Source of the DNA: Eledone cirrhosa
Taxonomy: Eukaryota
Assembly (NCBI GenBank): GCA_964016885.1
Contig: OZ024742.1
Span: forward strand, 252,402,001-252,466,000
Direction: 5' to 3'
DNA length: 64,000 bases
The position numbers were made by a program, and so were the translations under genes. The notes below the pieces were generated by a model that did not search any database, was not told where the DNA came from, and saw only the letters and a list, made by a program, of their open reading frames with translations. Shown one piece after another: positions 41,668 to 52,715 of this stretch. The stretch's first letter is position 1, and every line of letters starts with the position of its first letter.

Positions 41668-42290
41668 TCATCATCATCGTCATCATTTTATATCCGCTTT
41701 TCCTTGCTTGCAAGGGTGGGCGGGTCCTATTCAGCACAGCATCTCTCCACTTGTCATGGTCCTTCGTCATTTCCTCCGTGAGTTTCAGCAGTCTGAGGTC
41801 TGCTCTCACCATCTCTGCCCATGTTTTTCGTGGTCTTCCTCTACTGTGTCTTCCTTCTACTGGGATTTCTTGGCACTTCTTTACCCAGCTGTCATCCTCC
41901 ATGCGCATCACATGTCCACACCATCTCAGTCTTCTCTCCTTCACACCACAACTTATCCCTCTTATACCCAGTTTCTTTCTCAACTCGTCTATGCTTGGTC
42001 GTTCATGCACATTGACATTGCACATCCAACGGAGTATGCTTGCTTCATTTCTATCCAGCCGTTGCATATCATCTGCAGTTGCTGCCCATGTCTCACTACC
42101 ATGCAGCATCGCACATCTCACACAGGCATCATATAACCGTCCTTTCGTATGCAGGGAGAATCCCTTCTTTGTCAACAGAGGAAGCAGCCCCTAAACTTCT
42201 TCCAACCCATCCTTATTCTAGATACTATGGCCTCGGAATCCCCCCCCCCTCCCATGCTAATCTGATCACCTAGGTACCGGAAGCTATCAA
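41668..42290 (-). mobile_element. 3' fragment of an RTE-clade LINE
   Basis: ORF 41627-42175 (LHGSETW, RRLRWCGHVMRM, RGRPRKTW) and an (ATG)n tail. Confidence 0.85.
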
Positions 42291-42920
42291 TATATATGTA
42301 TATATATATGTATATATATGTATGTATATGTATATGTAAATGTAAATAAAAGTATCAATTGAAAAAACAGAGTTAAAGACTCGCATTAATCCCCTGTAGT
42401 TTAATGAGCTCAAGGAATAAGTACCAGGCTCTTCATAATACAGTATTTATAGAAGAAAACACGAAAGGGTATGTTTTAAATTATGAGGGGTAGAGAACCA
42501 CTAGAGGAGTAGAAAACCACTGAGAGGTTATGGTACTGACAATGTTTATGGCAAAACATTCTCTTCTTTGAGTTTGTCCAGGTGTTTTATAGTTATAAAG
42601 GTGGGTCTGTACATTTTAGTTTACCTTTTTAATTATGCATTTTCCATATTTTTTGTAGACTCTATGCTTTTCACTCTAGTGGTTCTCTACCCCTTGTAAT
42701 TGAAAACCTACCCTTTCGTGTTTTCTTCTCTAAATACTGTATAATTATAAATAAAAGTGTAATAAAAGTGTAAAGTCTATATATATATATATATGAATGT
42801 ATATATAGTGTATTTTGCAATACACTGAATGCTTAATTATAAAAGCATTTTGAAGACCATACGCTATTGTTTTAAAATAGTGACAATGTCACTTATTCAA
42901 ATCTTCAGCAAACAGGGGAG

Positions 42921-42972
42921 ATAAACTGACAGAGCTCTGTTTCGTACTTTTTGGTACTTATCAAAGTTCATT
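42921..42972 (-). ncRNA. Degenerate hammerhead (core TTGATAA)
   Basis: GAACT-TTGATAA-GTACCAAAAAGTAC-GAAACAGAGCTCTGTC-AGTTT. Palindromic stem III. Confidence 0.55.
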
Positions 42973-43831
42973 ACCCCTCCTGTTTGCTGAAAATTATGTG
43001 TTGGATTCTTATAGAATTCCAGTAATAATCAGGAACTGATTATACAGAGGGGTCGCCGGTCCAGCAGAAATTGAAAATTAGAATTGGTGCTCTGAAATAG
43101 CGATATATATATGAATGTATATATAGTGTATTTTGCACATTTCAGAGCACCAATTCTAATTTTATATATATATGTGTAAGTGTGTGTGCATGTATCATCA
43201 TCATCATCGTTTAACTTTCATTTTCCAGGCTAGTATGGGTTATATGTATATATATATATATATATGTGTGTGTGTGCGTGTGCGTGTATACACATATAAT
43301 GCGTGTGTATGTATTATATATATAAATAGCCAAACAAACACATACACGCACACTTTTACATATATATTGCATAAAAAAATAACAAGGCATCTAATTTCTA
43401 CTTGCACGTGAGCCTATGTCTTTGGTTGCTAATGTATATTAAGAAACTATTTAAAAAAAAGATTTATATATATATTGATAGTGTGTGTGTGTATTTGTAT
43501 ACGCATGCAATAATACTGTGCCTCTATATGTGTATAACTTCAGGTGCATTTGCCTGAGTGCCTATTTTCTATATTTCTTGTGAATGTGTGATCGTGGAAA
43601 TCTTAAACTGGTTTTGAATTATGTAATTTGCTAAAATCCATTTTTCTTCTTCTTTCCTTTATAATATTTAATGCATTTCATTGATTCCTAATTTTCTATA
43701 AAAAATTTTCTGTTTTGAAAAGTTTTGTTACAGATTATTTTAATGTATTTAATATATATACATACATATACATACTTATGCATATATACACACACACACA
43801 TATATATATATATACATACATATACATATAT

Positions 43832-43862
<31 letters not shown>

Positions 43863-43944
43863 CATACTTATGCATATATACACACACACATATATATATA
43901 CATACATTTATATATATACATTTATATATATATATATATACATT

Positions 43945-43983
<39 letters not shown>

Positions 43984-44070
43984 TCATTTATATATTCATT
44001 TATATATATATATACATATATATATATTCATTTATATATTCATTTATATATATATATTCATTTATATATG

Positions 44071-44102
<32 letters not shown>

Positions 44103-44135
44103 AATGAAGTAATTCCGTCGGAAAAGTCCAGGAAA

Positions 44136-44166
<31 letters not shown>

Positions 44167-44299
44167 TATACATTTATATATATACACATTTATATATACT
44201 TATATGGTGGCTGCCAACTCGTTTTCGAGTACGGCCACTACTTTATATCCATGTAGGAGAACCCCTACTGATGCGCTGAATAAGTGTGACTTTTAGTCC

Positions 44300-44766
44300 A
44301 GCCAGCGACTTGAAAACTCTGGTACAAACACTACACTTGTGACAATTATTGACACATAGTGCTGGGCCCATGATACCATGTGATGACAAGTGCAGGGAGA
44401 TCTCCAGATATAAAGCAATGCCTGTGCCGTGAAGCTTTTATAGTGAGCAAAGGCACTGCACAAAGCCAGTCCCACTCTCTTAACCAAGATGATATTTACC
44501 AAAAAGAAGAACAAGTCAACATCATTGGATACCATCAGGGTTGCAGGTGTTATATCAGAGTTTTCCTTCTCCTAGAATTCTGCCTTGACAAAGGCTAAGG
44601 GTTCATCTCTCCCGGTGATTTTGGTTGGCCATTGACTCTTAAGACCTCCTTTTCCCTTTGACAGGTTTTGTTTTTAGTCCTGCAGGATGTCCAAAGTCAC
44701 CCTCCTCACCATGGGACAGGTTGTACTGGGATACATGTTACCAGTAGCACCAACTGGTGACCTGAC

Positions 44767-44770
<4 letters not shown>
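44300..44770 (-). mobile_element. Probable RTE-like 5' UTR remnant
   Basis: CTAGGAGAAGGAAAACTCTG motif typical of RTE/BovB 5' regions. Starts next to (TA)n. Confidence 0.4.
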
Positions 44771-44826
<56 letters not shown>

Positions 44827-45023
44827 AAATAGAGGATTGGGTTTTTTTTTTAGTCTAACAGACAAAAAAGTTTATCTGAACTACCAGTTTGAAACATCAT
44901 AGCACAAAGACTCCAGATCAAAATTAACAAATAACTTTCGGGAAGCTTGTGTAAACGCTAATACACACACACACACACACTATATATATATACACATAAT
45001 CATACGCATGCACATGTACATAT

Positions 45024-45057
<34 letters not shown>

Positions 45058-45165
45058 ACACACATACACATACGTACATATACACATATATATACATACA
45101 TATATACATACATACACATAAATACATATATATAAATACACATATATACATATATATATAATCAT

Positions 45166-45208
<43 letters not shown>

Positions 45209-45773
45209 CAAGAAATGGGGTGTTCAAATGAAAAAAATAAAACTTAATACATATATTAGTTTGTTAATTTGTTTTGAAGTTGAAGACTCAGCATTGAATA
45301 AATGATTGCGTATGCATGTCTAGTTTTAAACTTTTCAACTAAATTAGATGAAGCAGCATTTATATGTTCCTAAAGATAAACTAAGTTTAAAACTGGCAAT
45401 ATATTTAATTTGATGACATTTTTACAATTTTTTGTTTTTATAACAATATTTTATTTTTAGTTTAAATATAAGATTTTTAAGATTTAAACAAAACCATAAA
45501 AAATATTTAATATGAGGGTTAAATCAGTCAGAATTATTAAATTAGTGAAATTTACTCTGGCTCAAAAAGATCTTTTGGGGATTGTTGTGCTGTACTTAGC
45601 AACATTTAATATCAGTTTATATACATAGATATCAACATAAAATCTATAAAATAATATCTATAATATCTATAAAATCTTTTTCTAGTTGTAAATATATATA
45701 TTCTCAACAGCAATAATTCGTATAAAAGTGTAGATAAAACATATAAGGATATATATATAATTTATTTCAGTAT

Positions 45774-46037
45774 TTCAGTCTTTTGCATTGGGCTGCAAAA
45801 GAGGGCCGCCTCAATATAGTGGATATGCTAATTGCACGGGGAGCACGTATCAATGCTACAAACATGGGTGATGATACTGCTTTACATATGGCTTGTAGTC
45901 ACGGACAAAAAGAAATCGTTCTGAGGTTGATGCAAAACAAAACCAATATAAATGCAATAAATAAACATGGAAACACTCCCTTACATTATGCTTGTTTCTG
46001 GGGCTTTGCTGATATATCAGAGGATCTTGTTAATAAA
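45774..46037 (+). pseudogene. ILK: Integrin-linked kinase ankyrin-repeat fragment, probably a processed pseudogene
   Basis: [57 protein letters not shown] matches the ILK N-terminus as I recall it ([25 protein letters not shown]). Homology stops abruptly at (TA)n. Confidence 0.85.
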
Positions 46038-46139
<102 letters not shown>

Positions 46140-46289
46140 TATATATATACATATATATACATTTATATATATATATACACACATTTATATATATATATAT
46201 ATATATAACAAAGGAATTGTGGTAAGGAACCAGATGGACCATAACGCACCAGAGTACTCAATACTTAGGGTAGTAGAGTGGGAAATAGG

Positions 46290-48450
46290 AAAAGGTATGA
46301 CCCCGACGGCAGAGCTCAAGCCGTTTCGACGGCTATTTCTGGACTAAATTAGAATTTTTAGCCTGGTGAATAAATAGCCGAACTTTTCAAGGGGGTACTT
46401 CCTTATATGGGAAGATTGTAGCTGTCAAGAGGATTGGTTAAAATTTGTTGTAAACACAAATAAGTCTATCATGGCATTTGGTGGGAGGTAGGAGTGGCTG
46501 AACTTGCCTGTAGAACAATTGGGTGGAGCGGTCAAGCGTTGAAAGTGATAAGTATATAGCAGATTCTAAGGATAGTGTATGAAGTGGAGGAGGGAGGTTA
46601 TAGAATAAGTAAATCGAATCGAGTGAGAAATGAATAAAAAAAATCACAATGCTATCTTACAATTACAGGTTAATAAGTTGAGAATAGAAAAAATTTGTAG
46701 AAATTGAGTAGTACCAGAACTGATACAAAATTAAAGGGGTTTAACACGTCTGCTATAAGTAGTTAGTAAAACGTATTCGGCCAATTCTATCTTAAAATTA
46801 CAGGGGTGGGGGAACTGATGCTACAGGGGCCCGATGGGCTGCATCGGGGTAGGCGAAAGGGGAAAAGCAGACGAGGAAGAAAATAGGGGGTGGAAGGAAG
46901 TGATAGGATGAGACAGGGGGAAGAAGAAGACAAAGAGGAAAAGAAAAGAAAAGAAATACATCTACCTAAGTAAGCTGGGGTTTCCCCTAACTTATTCGGC
47001 AAGTCTGTGTGTGTGTGTGTGTGGGGGGGGGGGGGTATCAGCCCTTGTCTACCCACTCGGGTCGTTATGGGGTTTGAGGGCGAGGTAAGTCCTACGCAAT
47101 CTGTGTTTGCATGCGGTTAACAGTTCGTCTTTCTTGTTTAGGAGTTGGTCCTTCGAAAACAACATTTGTAATGTTTACTCCGAGCATAAGTTACACGGAC
47201 GGCGTCCTCCCGTGTAAGAGTTAGCTCTGGGCAGTAAGCTCCAAGTGAGATTATAGGTTATATTATTATCTTGGAGGTCCCAGATGTGGCCCGAAAGTGT
47301 AGTGGCATGTCGCCGGACCGGGTTTCGGAAAGGATGTCGGTGTTGGTAGAGCCGGGTCTTGAAGTCACACGCGGTTAATCCTATATAAGCTTTGTTGGAG
47401 GTGTCCGTCCTCACGTTGGTAGATCACGTTACGTTCTCGGCATTTGTTGTTGAGGGGGCACGTAGATCTATCAGGGCAGTTACACCTCCTGGTCGACTCT
47501 CCACTGATGTCTAGGTTATTTCTTCCATAGGGGTTGAGTTTTTTGTTATGTTTGTGCGAAGTTAGGTGTGGTGCTGTAGGAGAATTTGATGTTTTTTTTG
47601 TTGATTATGTTGTGGTAGCGGTGTTGTAGTGGGAAGTGTTTTTCGAGGAGTCTAAAGAAGATTTTCCCGATAGGTGTTGCCACCTCGGCATTATGGGGAG
47701 GATTGAACCACGTTACGTTGTGTGAGCGGCGGTGTCGCCTGCTGGTTCCGCTAAGGGAAGCTGGATAAAAGGATATTTCCTCCCGGAAGCCACTCCGCTT
47801 GAGGGCCTGGTTGTAATGAGGCGCATGTTTGTCGAATATTTGCTCATTAGCGGACAAACGAGATATGCGGAGGGAGATGTTTTTAACCAGGTTATTGGTG
47901 ATGTTTCTAGGATGGTTAGAGCGGCGGTGGATGTAGTGCAGGTTGTCGTTTGGTTTCCTGTATGGGTAGTACAGATCGTTTTCGAGGTTAAGGGTAACGT
48001 CCAGGAAATTGACTCGGGTTAAGGACGTTTGTAGGGTGATTTTAAATCCCCAGTCCCGGAAGAAGTTGATTAGTTGTTTACGGACCCGGTCTGTACTAGT
48101 GGGGTTGTACCCTTTGAGGGTGATGAGCCCATAATCCCGGTACAATCCACCGCCGAATGCAGGAAACATTTCGGTGAGTTTAAATAGTAGGAATAATCCT
48201 ATAAGATCTGTGACCTCGGCCGAATCCGTCGCGCCCATACTGACGTCGAAGGGGGAGTCGGGAGCTCTCTTTATCCACTTGGAGTTGTCGAAAAGTAGGA
48301 CTGTCTTCCTGGCGTGGAGAATGATATTTTTTTCCTGGTCAGTGATGGGTGTGAGTGTTTCGGCAAAGTCCAAGGCAGCCGTAAGGAGCGGTAAGGTAAT
48401 AGATGCATAGTAACTCTCTATGTCAAACTAGATGTATTTTGTGTCTGCCG
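46290..48450 (-). mobile_element. 5'-truncated Penelope-like element (Naiad-like)
   Basis: ORF 47546-48373 (SMGA, GLYRD, NFLDV, WFNPP) plus the GIY-YIG piece 47175-47414 (YIG, CNLC). Degenerate hammerhead downstream. Confidence 0.85.
46301..46395 (-). ncRNA. Degenerate hammerhead downstream of the PLE
   Basis: CCCC-TTGAAAA-..CGGCTATTT..AAATAGCCG..-GAAACGGC..GCCGTC-GGGG. Confidence 0.55.
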
Positions 48451-48454
48451 CTTA

Positions 48455-49076
48455 AATATTCGAAAATACCACCTTTTCGCTCAAATTTCCGCCTTTTCAG
48501 CTCTAGCTCCCACTTTTTTCAACCGATTTCGTTCAAATTCGAAACTTCGGCTCCACCTCACACATAAATCAATTTATTTGGTTCAACTTTTATACTACGA
48601 TAGAACCTATCATTAGCTCCCACATTTTTCAACCGATTTCGTTCAAATTCGAAACTTCGGCTCCACCTCACACATAAATCAATTTATTTGGTTCAACTTT
48701 TATACTACGATAGAACCTATCATTAGCTCCCACATTTTTCAACCGATTTCGTTCAAATTCGAAACTTCGGCTCCACCTCACACATAAATCAATTTATTTG
48801 GTTCAACTTTTATACTACGATAGAACCTACCATTGCACATCTTATAGTAGCTTTACACTTTGCATTTTTTGTTCAGGGACGGCGTGGAAGCCGTTTAACT
48901 CTTCAAAATACGATTTTTCCACCTCCCACATATTCTATACGATTTCACTCAACATTTCGCCATTTGCTACACCTTACGACCGATTTTCAAGAAACTCGCA
49001 GTCACTAAGATCAACACCTTTTCATCAAAGCAGATATTATTTTACCTACCCAGGCAACGCTGGGTACTGCTGCTAG
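48455..49076 (+). mobile_element. Non-autonomous Helitron-like element with internal 110-bp x3 repeat
   Basis: Hairpin TACCCAGGCAACGCTGGGTA at 49047-49066, then CTAG|T at 49073-49076. Tandem units start at 48504, 48614 and 48724. Confidence 0.65.
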
Positions 49077-49078
49077 TA

Positions 49079-49153
<75 letters not shown>

Positions 49154-49331
49154 TTATATATATATATATATATATACATTTATATATATATATATATATA
49201 TACATTTATACATTTATATATATATATATATATAGATATATATACATTTATACATTTATATATATATATATAGATATATATACATTTATACATTTATATA
49301 TATATATATATAGATATATATACATTTATAC

Positions 49332-49465
<134 letters not shown>

Positions 49466-49485
49466 TTATATATATATATACATTT

Positions 49486-49542
<57 letters not shown>

Positions 49543-49561
49543 CATATATATATATATATAT

Positions 49562-49630
<69 letters not shown>

Positions 49631-49633
<3 letters not shown>

Positions 49634-49900
49634 AGTCACATGGCTTAGTGGTTAGATCATTGGCCTTGCAATCGAAAGGTTGTGAGTTCAATTCTCAGAC
49701 CGAGTGATGTGTTGTTTGCTTGAGCAAGACATTTTATTTCACATTGCTCCAGTTTACTGAGCTCTAGAAATGAGATGATAGGACTGGGGCCCCTATCATT
49801 CCACTGCAAAGTGGTCGTGGAGGTGCCACGGCAAAAAAGCACCCACCACTCACTGTAAATGAGGTTGGTGTTAGGAATGGCATCCAGCTGTAGAAATCAA
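49631..49900 (+). mobile_element. SINE family 2 copy, 3'-truncated
   Basis: Matches 4144-~4413, then switches to the hammerhead-containing repeat. Confidence 0.85.
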
Positions 49901-49912
49901 GAATGAACACTT

Positions 49913-49964
49913 CTGAGTTGTACTGATGAAGGGTAATCCTCAGAAACATTAGTGTCTACAGTTC
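49913..49964 (+). ncRNA. Type I hammerhead ribozyme (retrozyme copy 1)
   Basis: GAGTTGTA-CTGATGA-AGGGTAATCCTCA-GAAA-CATTAGTG-TC-TACAGTTC. Stem I pairs over 8 bp (two G-U). Predicted GUC cleavage after 49956. Confidence 0.8.
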
Positions 49965-50353
49965 TGTTCGTATACCAACACAAGAGCAAGAATGAAGTGT
50001 TCATTCTTCTGACATGGCTATAAAATCGAGGCTAGTTTTTCATAATTGCAAACGAATTGAATGTTATTATTTATATTCAAAAAACTCAGATTACATTTAT
50101 TGTATTCAGCCATGTAGAGCGAAACTTTCTTTTTTATTTGAATTTGGCAAAGCCGGCCATTTATCGCTCGTATACAGGAAACTGGGTGGCCAGTCTGCGG
50201 ATATGCACATCTGGCTGATCAATGCATCTGCTAATATGCAGATCTGACTGATCGGCCAGTCTGCTAATATGCAAATCAGGCCGATCAGTCAATGTGTATT
50301 TTTGAAAAGAGCATATATTTTCACTAGCTCTGACAGTTTGGCAGGTGAACAGT

Positions 50354-50403
50354 GAGCTGTACTGATGAAGGGTGATACCCAGAAACATTAGTGTCTGAAG
50401 TTC
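50354..50403 (+). ncRNA. Type I hammerhead ribozyme (retrozyme copy 2)
   Basis: GAGCTGTA-CTGATGA-AGGGTGATACCCA-GAAA-CATTAGTG-TC. Perfect stem II; the 3' strand of stem I is partly decayed. Confidence 0.75.
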
Positions 50404-50558
50404 TGTTCGTATGCCAACGCAAAAGCAAGAATGAAGTGTTCATTCTACTGACATGGCTATAAAATTGAGGCTTGCTTGCATAATTGCAAACGAATCGAAT
50501 GTTATTATTAATATTCGAAAAACTCAGATTACATTTATATATATATATATATATATAC

Positions 50559-50639
<81 letters not shown>

Positions 50640-50652
50640 CATATATATATAC

Positions 50653-50698
<46 letters not shown>

Positions 50699-52078
50699 TA
50701 GCCGTTGCTCGCACCAACCGGAGGTATATGGTCTTTAAAGCGATGAAATGCCTATGATAGTTGGAAGATCATTGATGAAGGACAAACTTTTTTCATATGT
50801 AACCCATTTGCAACTCCGCAGCGCCCTTATTATCATATTTACACATATTTTTTCCTCTGCTGCTACACCGTCTTTTTCGTTCTATGTATCTTTACCCTTT
50901 CTAGCAGTCTCTCTCTCTGTTAGCCTCTTCCTCACCTCGCCCTTCACTCACTCATTCTCTGTCACTACCTCTCCTCCTCCTCCTCTTTCTTCCCGTTTGA
51001 CCTGTGAGTAACTCTTTTCTCTCACATTCTCGGCCAAGCTGGTCGGAATTTTTTCTCTCTCGTCTACGATTTCACAGAACTTATGTTTACCGAATTCGCA
51101 GACCAGACCCCTTCTTCCTCCCGTTAGACCTGTGTGAAATTCCTTCCTTGCTCACATTTCAACCAGGTTTGATGGTCTTTATTCTCTCGTTCACGATTTC
51201 ACCGAACTTAAATTCATAGAAATCTGGGACTTGTCTCCTTCTTCCTCACTTTCTGTTGCCTCACCATTTTGTTTGTTTACCCTCGCGTCCCCTTTATTTA
51301 CGTGTCCCAACGACTTTTTTTAGCCGTTGCTCGCACCAACCGGAGGTATATGGTCTTTAAAGCGATGAAATGCCTATGATAGTTGGAAGATCATTGATGA
51401 AGGACAAACTTTTTTCATATGTAACCCATTTGCAACTCCGCAGCGCCCTTATTATCATATTTACACATATTTTTTCCTCTGCTGCTACACCGTCTTTTTC
51501 GTTCTATGTATCTTTACCCTTTCTAGCAGTCTCTCTCTCTGTTAGCCTCTTCCTCACCTCGCCCTTCACTCACTCATTCTCTGTCACTACCTCTCCTCCT
51601 CCTCCTCTTTCTTCCCGTTTGACCTGTGAGTAACTCTTTTCTCTCACATTCTCGGCCAAGCTGGTCGGAATTTTTTCTCTCTCGTCTACGATTTCACAGA
51701 ACTTATGTTTACCGAATTCGCAGACCAGACCCCTTCTTCCTCCCGTTAGACCTGTGTGAAATTCCTTCCTTGCTCACATTTCAACCAGGTTTGATGGTCT
51801 TTATTCTCTCGTTCACGATTTCACCGAACTTAAATTCATAGAAATCTGGGACTTGTCTCCTTCTTCCTCACTTTCTGTTGCCTCACCATTTTGTTTGTTT
51901 ACCCTCGCGTCCCCTTTATTTACGTGTCCCAACGACTTTTTTTAGCCGTTGCTCGCACCAACCGGAGGTATATGGTCTTTAAAGCGATGAAATGCCTATG
52001 ATAGTTGGAAGATCACTGATGAAGGACAAACTTGTTTCATATGTAACCCATTTGCAACTCCGCAGCGCCCTTATTATC

Positions 52079-52080
<2 letters not shown>
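50699..52080. repeat. 622-bp tandem repeat, ~2.2 near-identical units flanked by (TA)n
   Basis: Units start at 50699, 51321 and 51943. Confidence 0.95.
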
Positions 52081-52139
<59 letters not shown>

Positions 52140-52140
52140 A

Positions 52141-52176
<36 letters not shown>

Positions 52177-52177
52177 T

Positions 52178-52215
<38 letters not shown>

Positions 52216-52267
52216 CGAATAAGGAAAAGCGAAGTAGTTTCAGATGTTCAAGTCCTTTAATAATAAT

Positions 52268-52341
52268 GCTGTGATGTATATTTCAATGACGACACTGGCC
52301 ACACTGTTCTGTGTGCGAGTGTCGTGTCATCATCAGACAGC
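52268..52341 (-). ncRNA. Type I hammerhead ribozyme
   Basis: Minus strand: GCTGT-CTGATGA-TGACACGACACT..AGTGTCGTCATT-GAAA-TATACA-TC-ACAGC. Confidence 0.7.
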
Positions 52342-52573
52342 TTGTTACATAATAAGGTTGTTTCCGAGGCAATCCAAATTGAATCGACATGGGAACGGAT
52401 GAAGTTCGTGCTTTTGGGTTTTTCATCCGAGATACCTTCCTCTACCCATAAATTAAGTTCTTTTACTACTATATTACTATCTTGACCTTCACTATCTTTC
52501 TATTGGTCAATTCAAAATCTGTTCCCAAACAGACCTATTGTATTAAATCTTTGTTTTTTTCAATAAACAAATA

Positions 52574-52715
52574 TCATTATTTCTGAAGACAGCATATATA
52601 TGTGTAGGTATGTATATTCCCTCTGATAGTTTGTATAAATATTTTACATAGATCTATAGAATATGCATACCAACACTAACACTTATATATCCTAGAAACG
52701 ATCGTAAAATGATGA
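52574..52715 (+). ncRNA. Hammerhead in the 5' pLTR with a long stem II insert
   Basis: TCATTATTT-CTGAAGA-(~105 nt)-GAAA-CGATCG-TA-AAATGATGA. 9-bp stem I and palindromic stem III. Confidence 0.75.
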
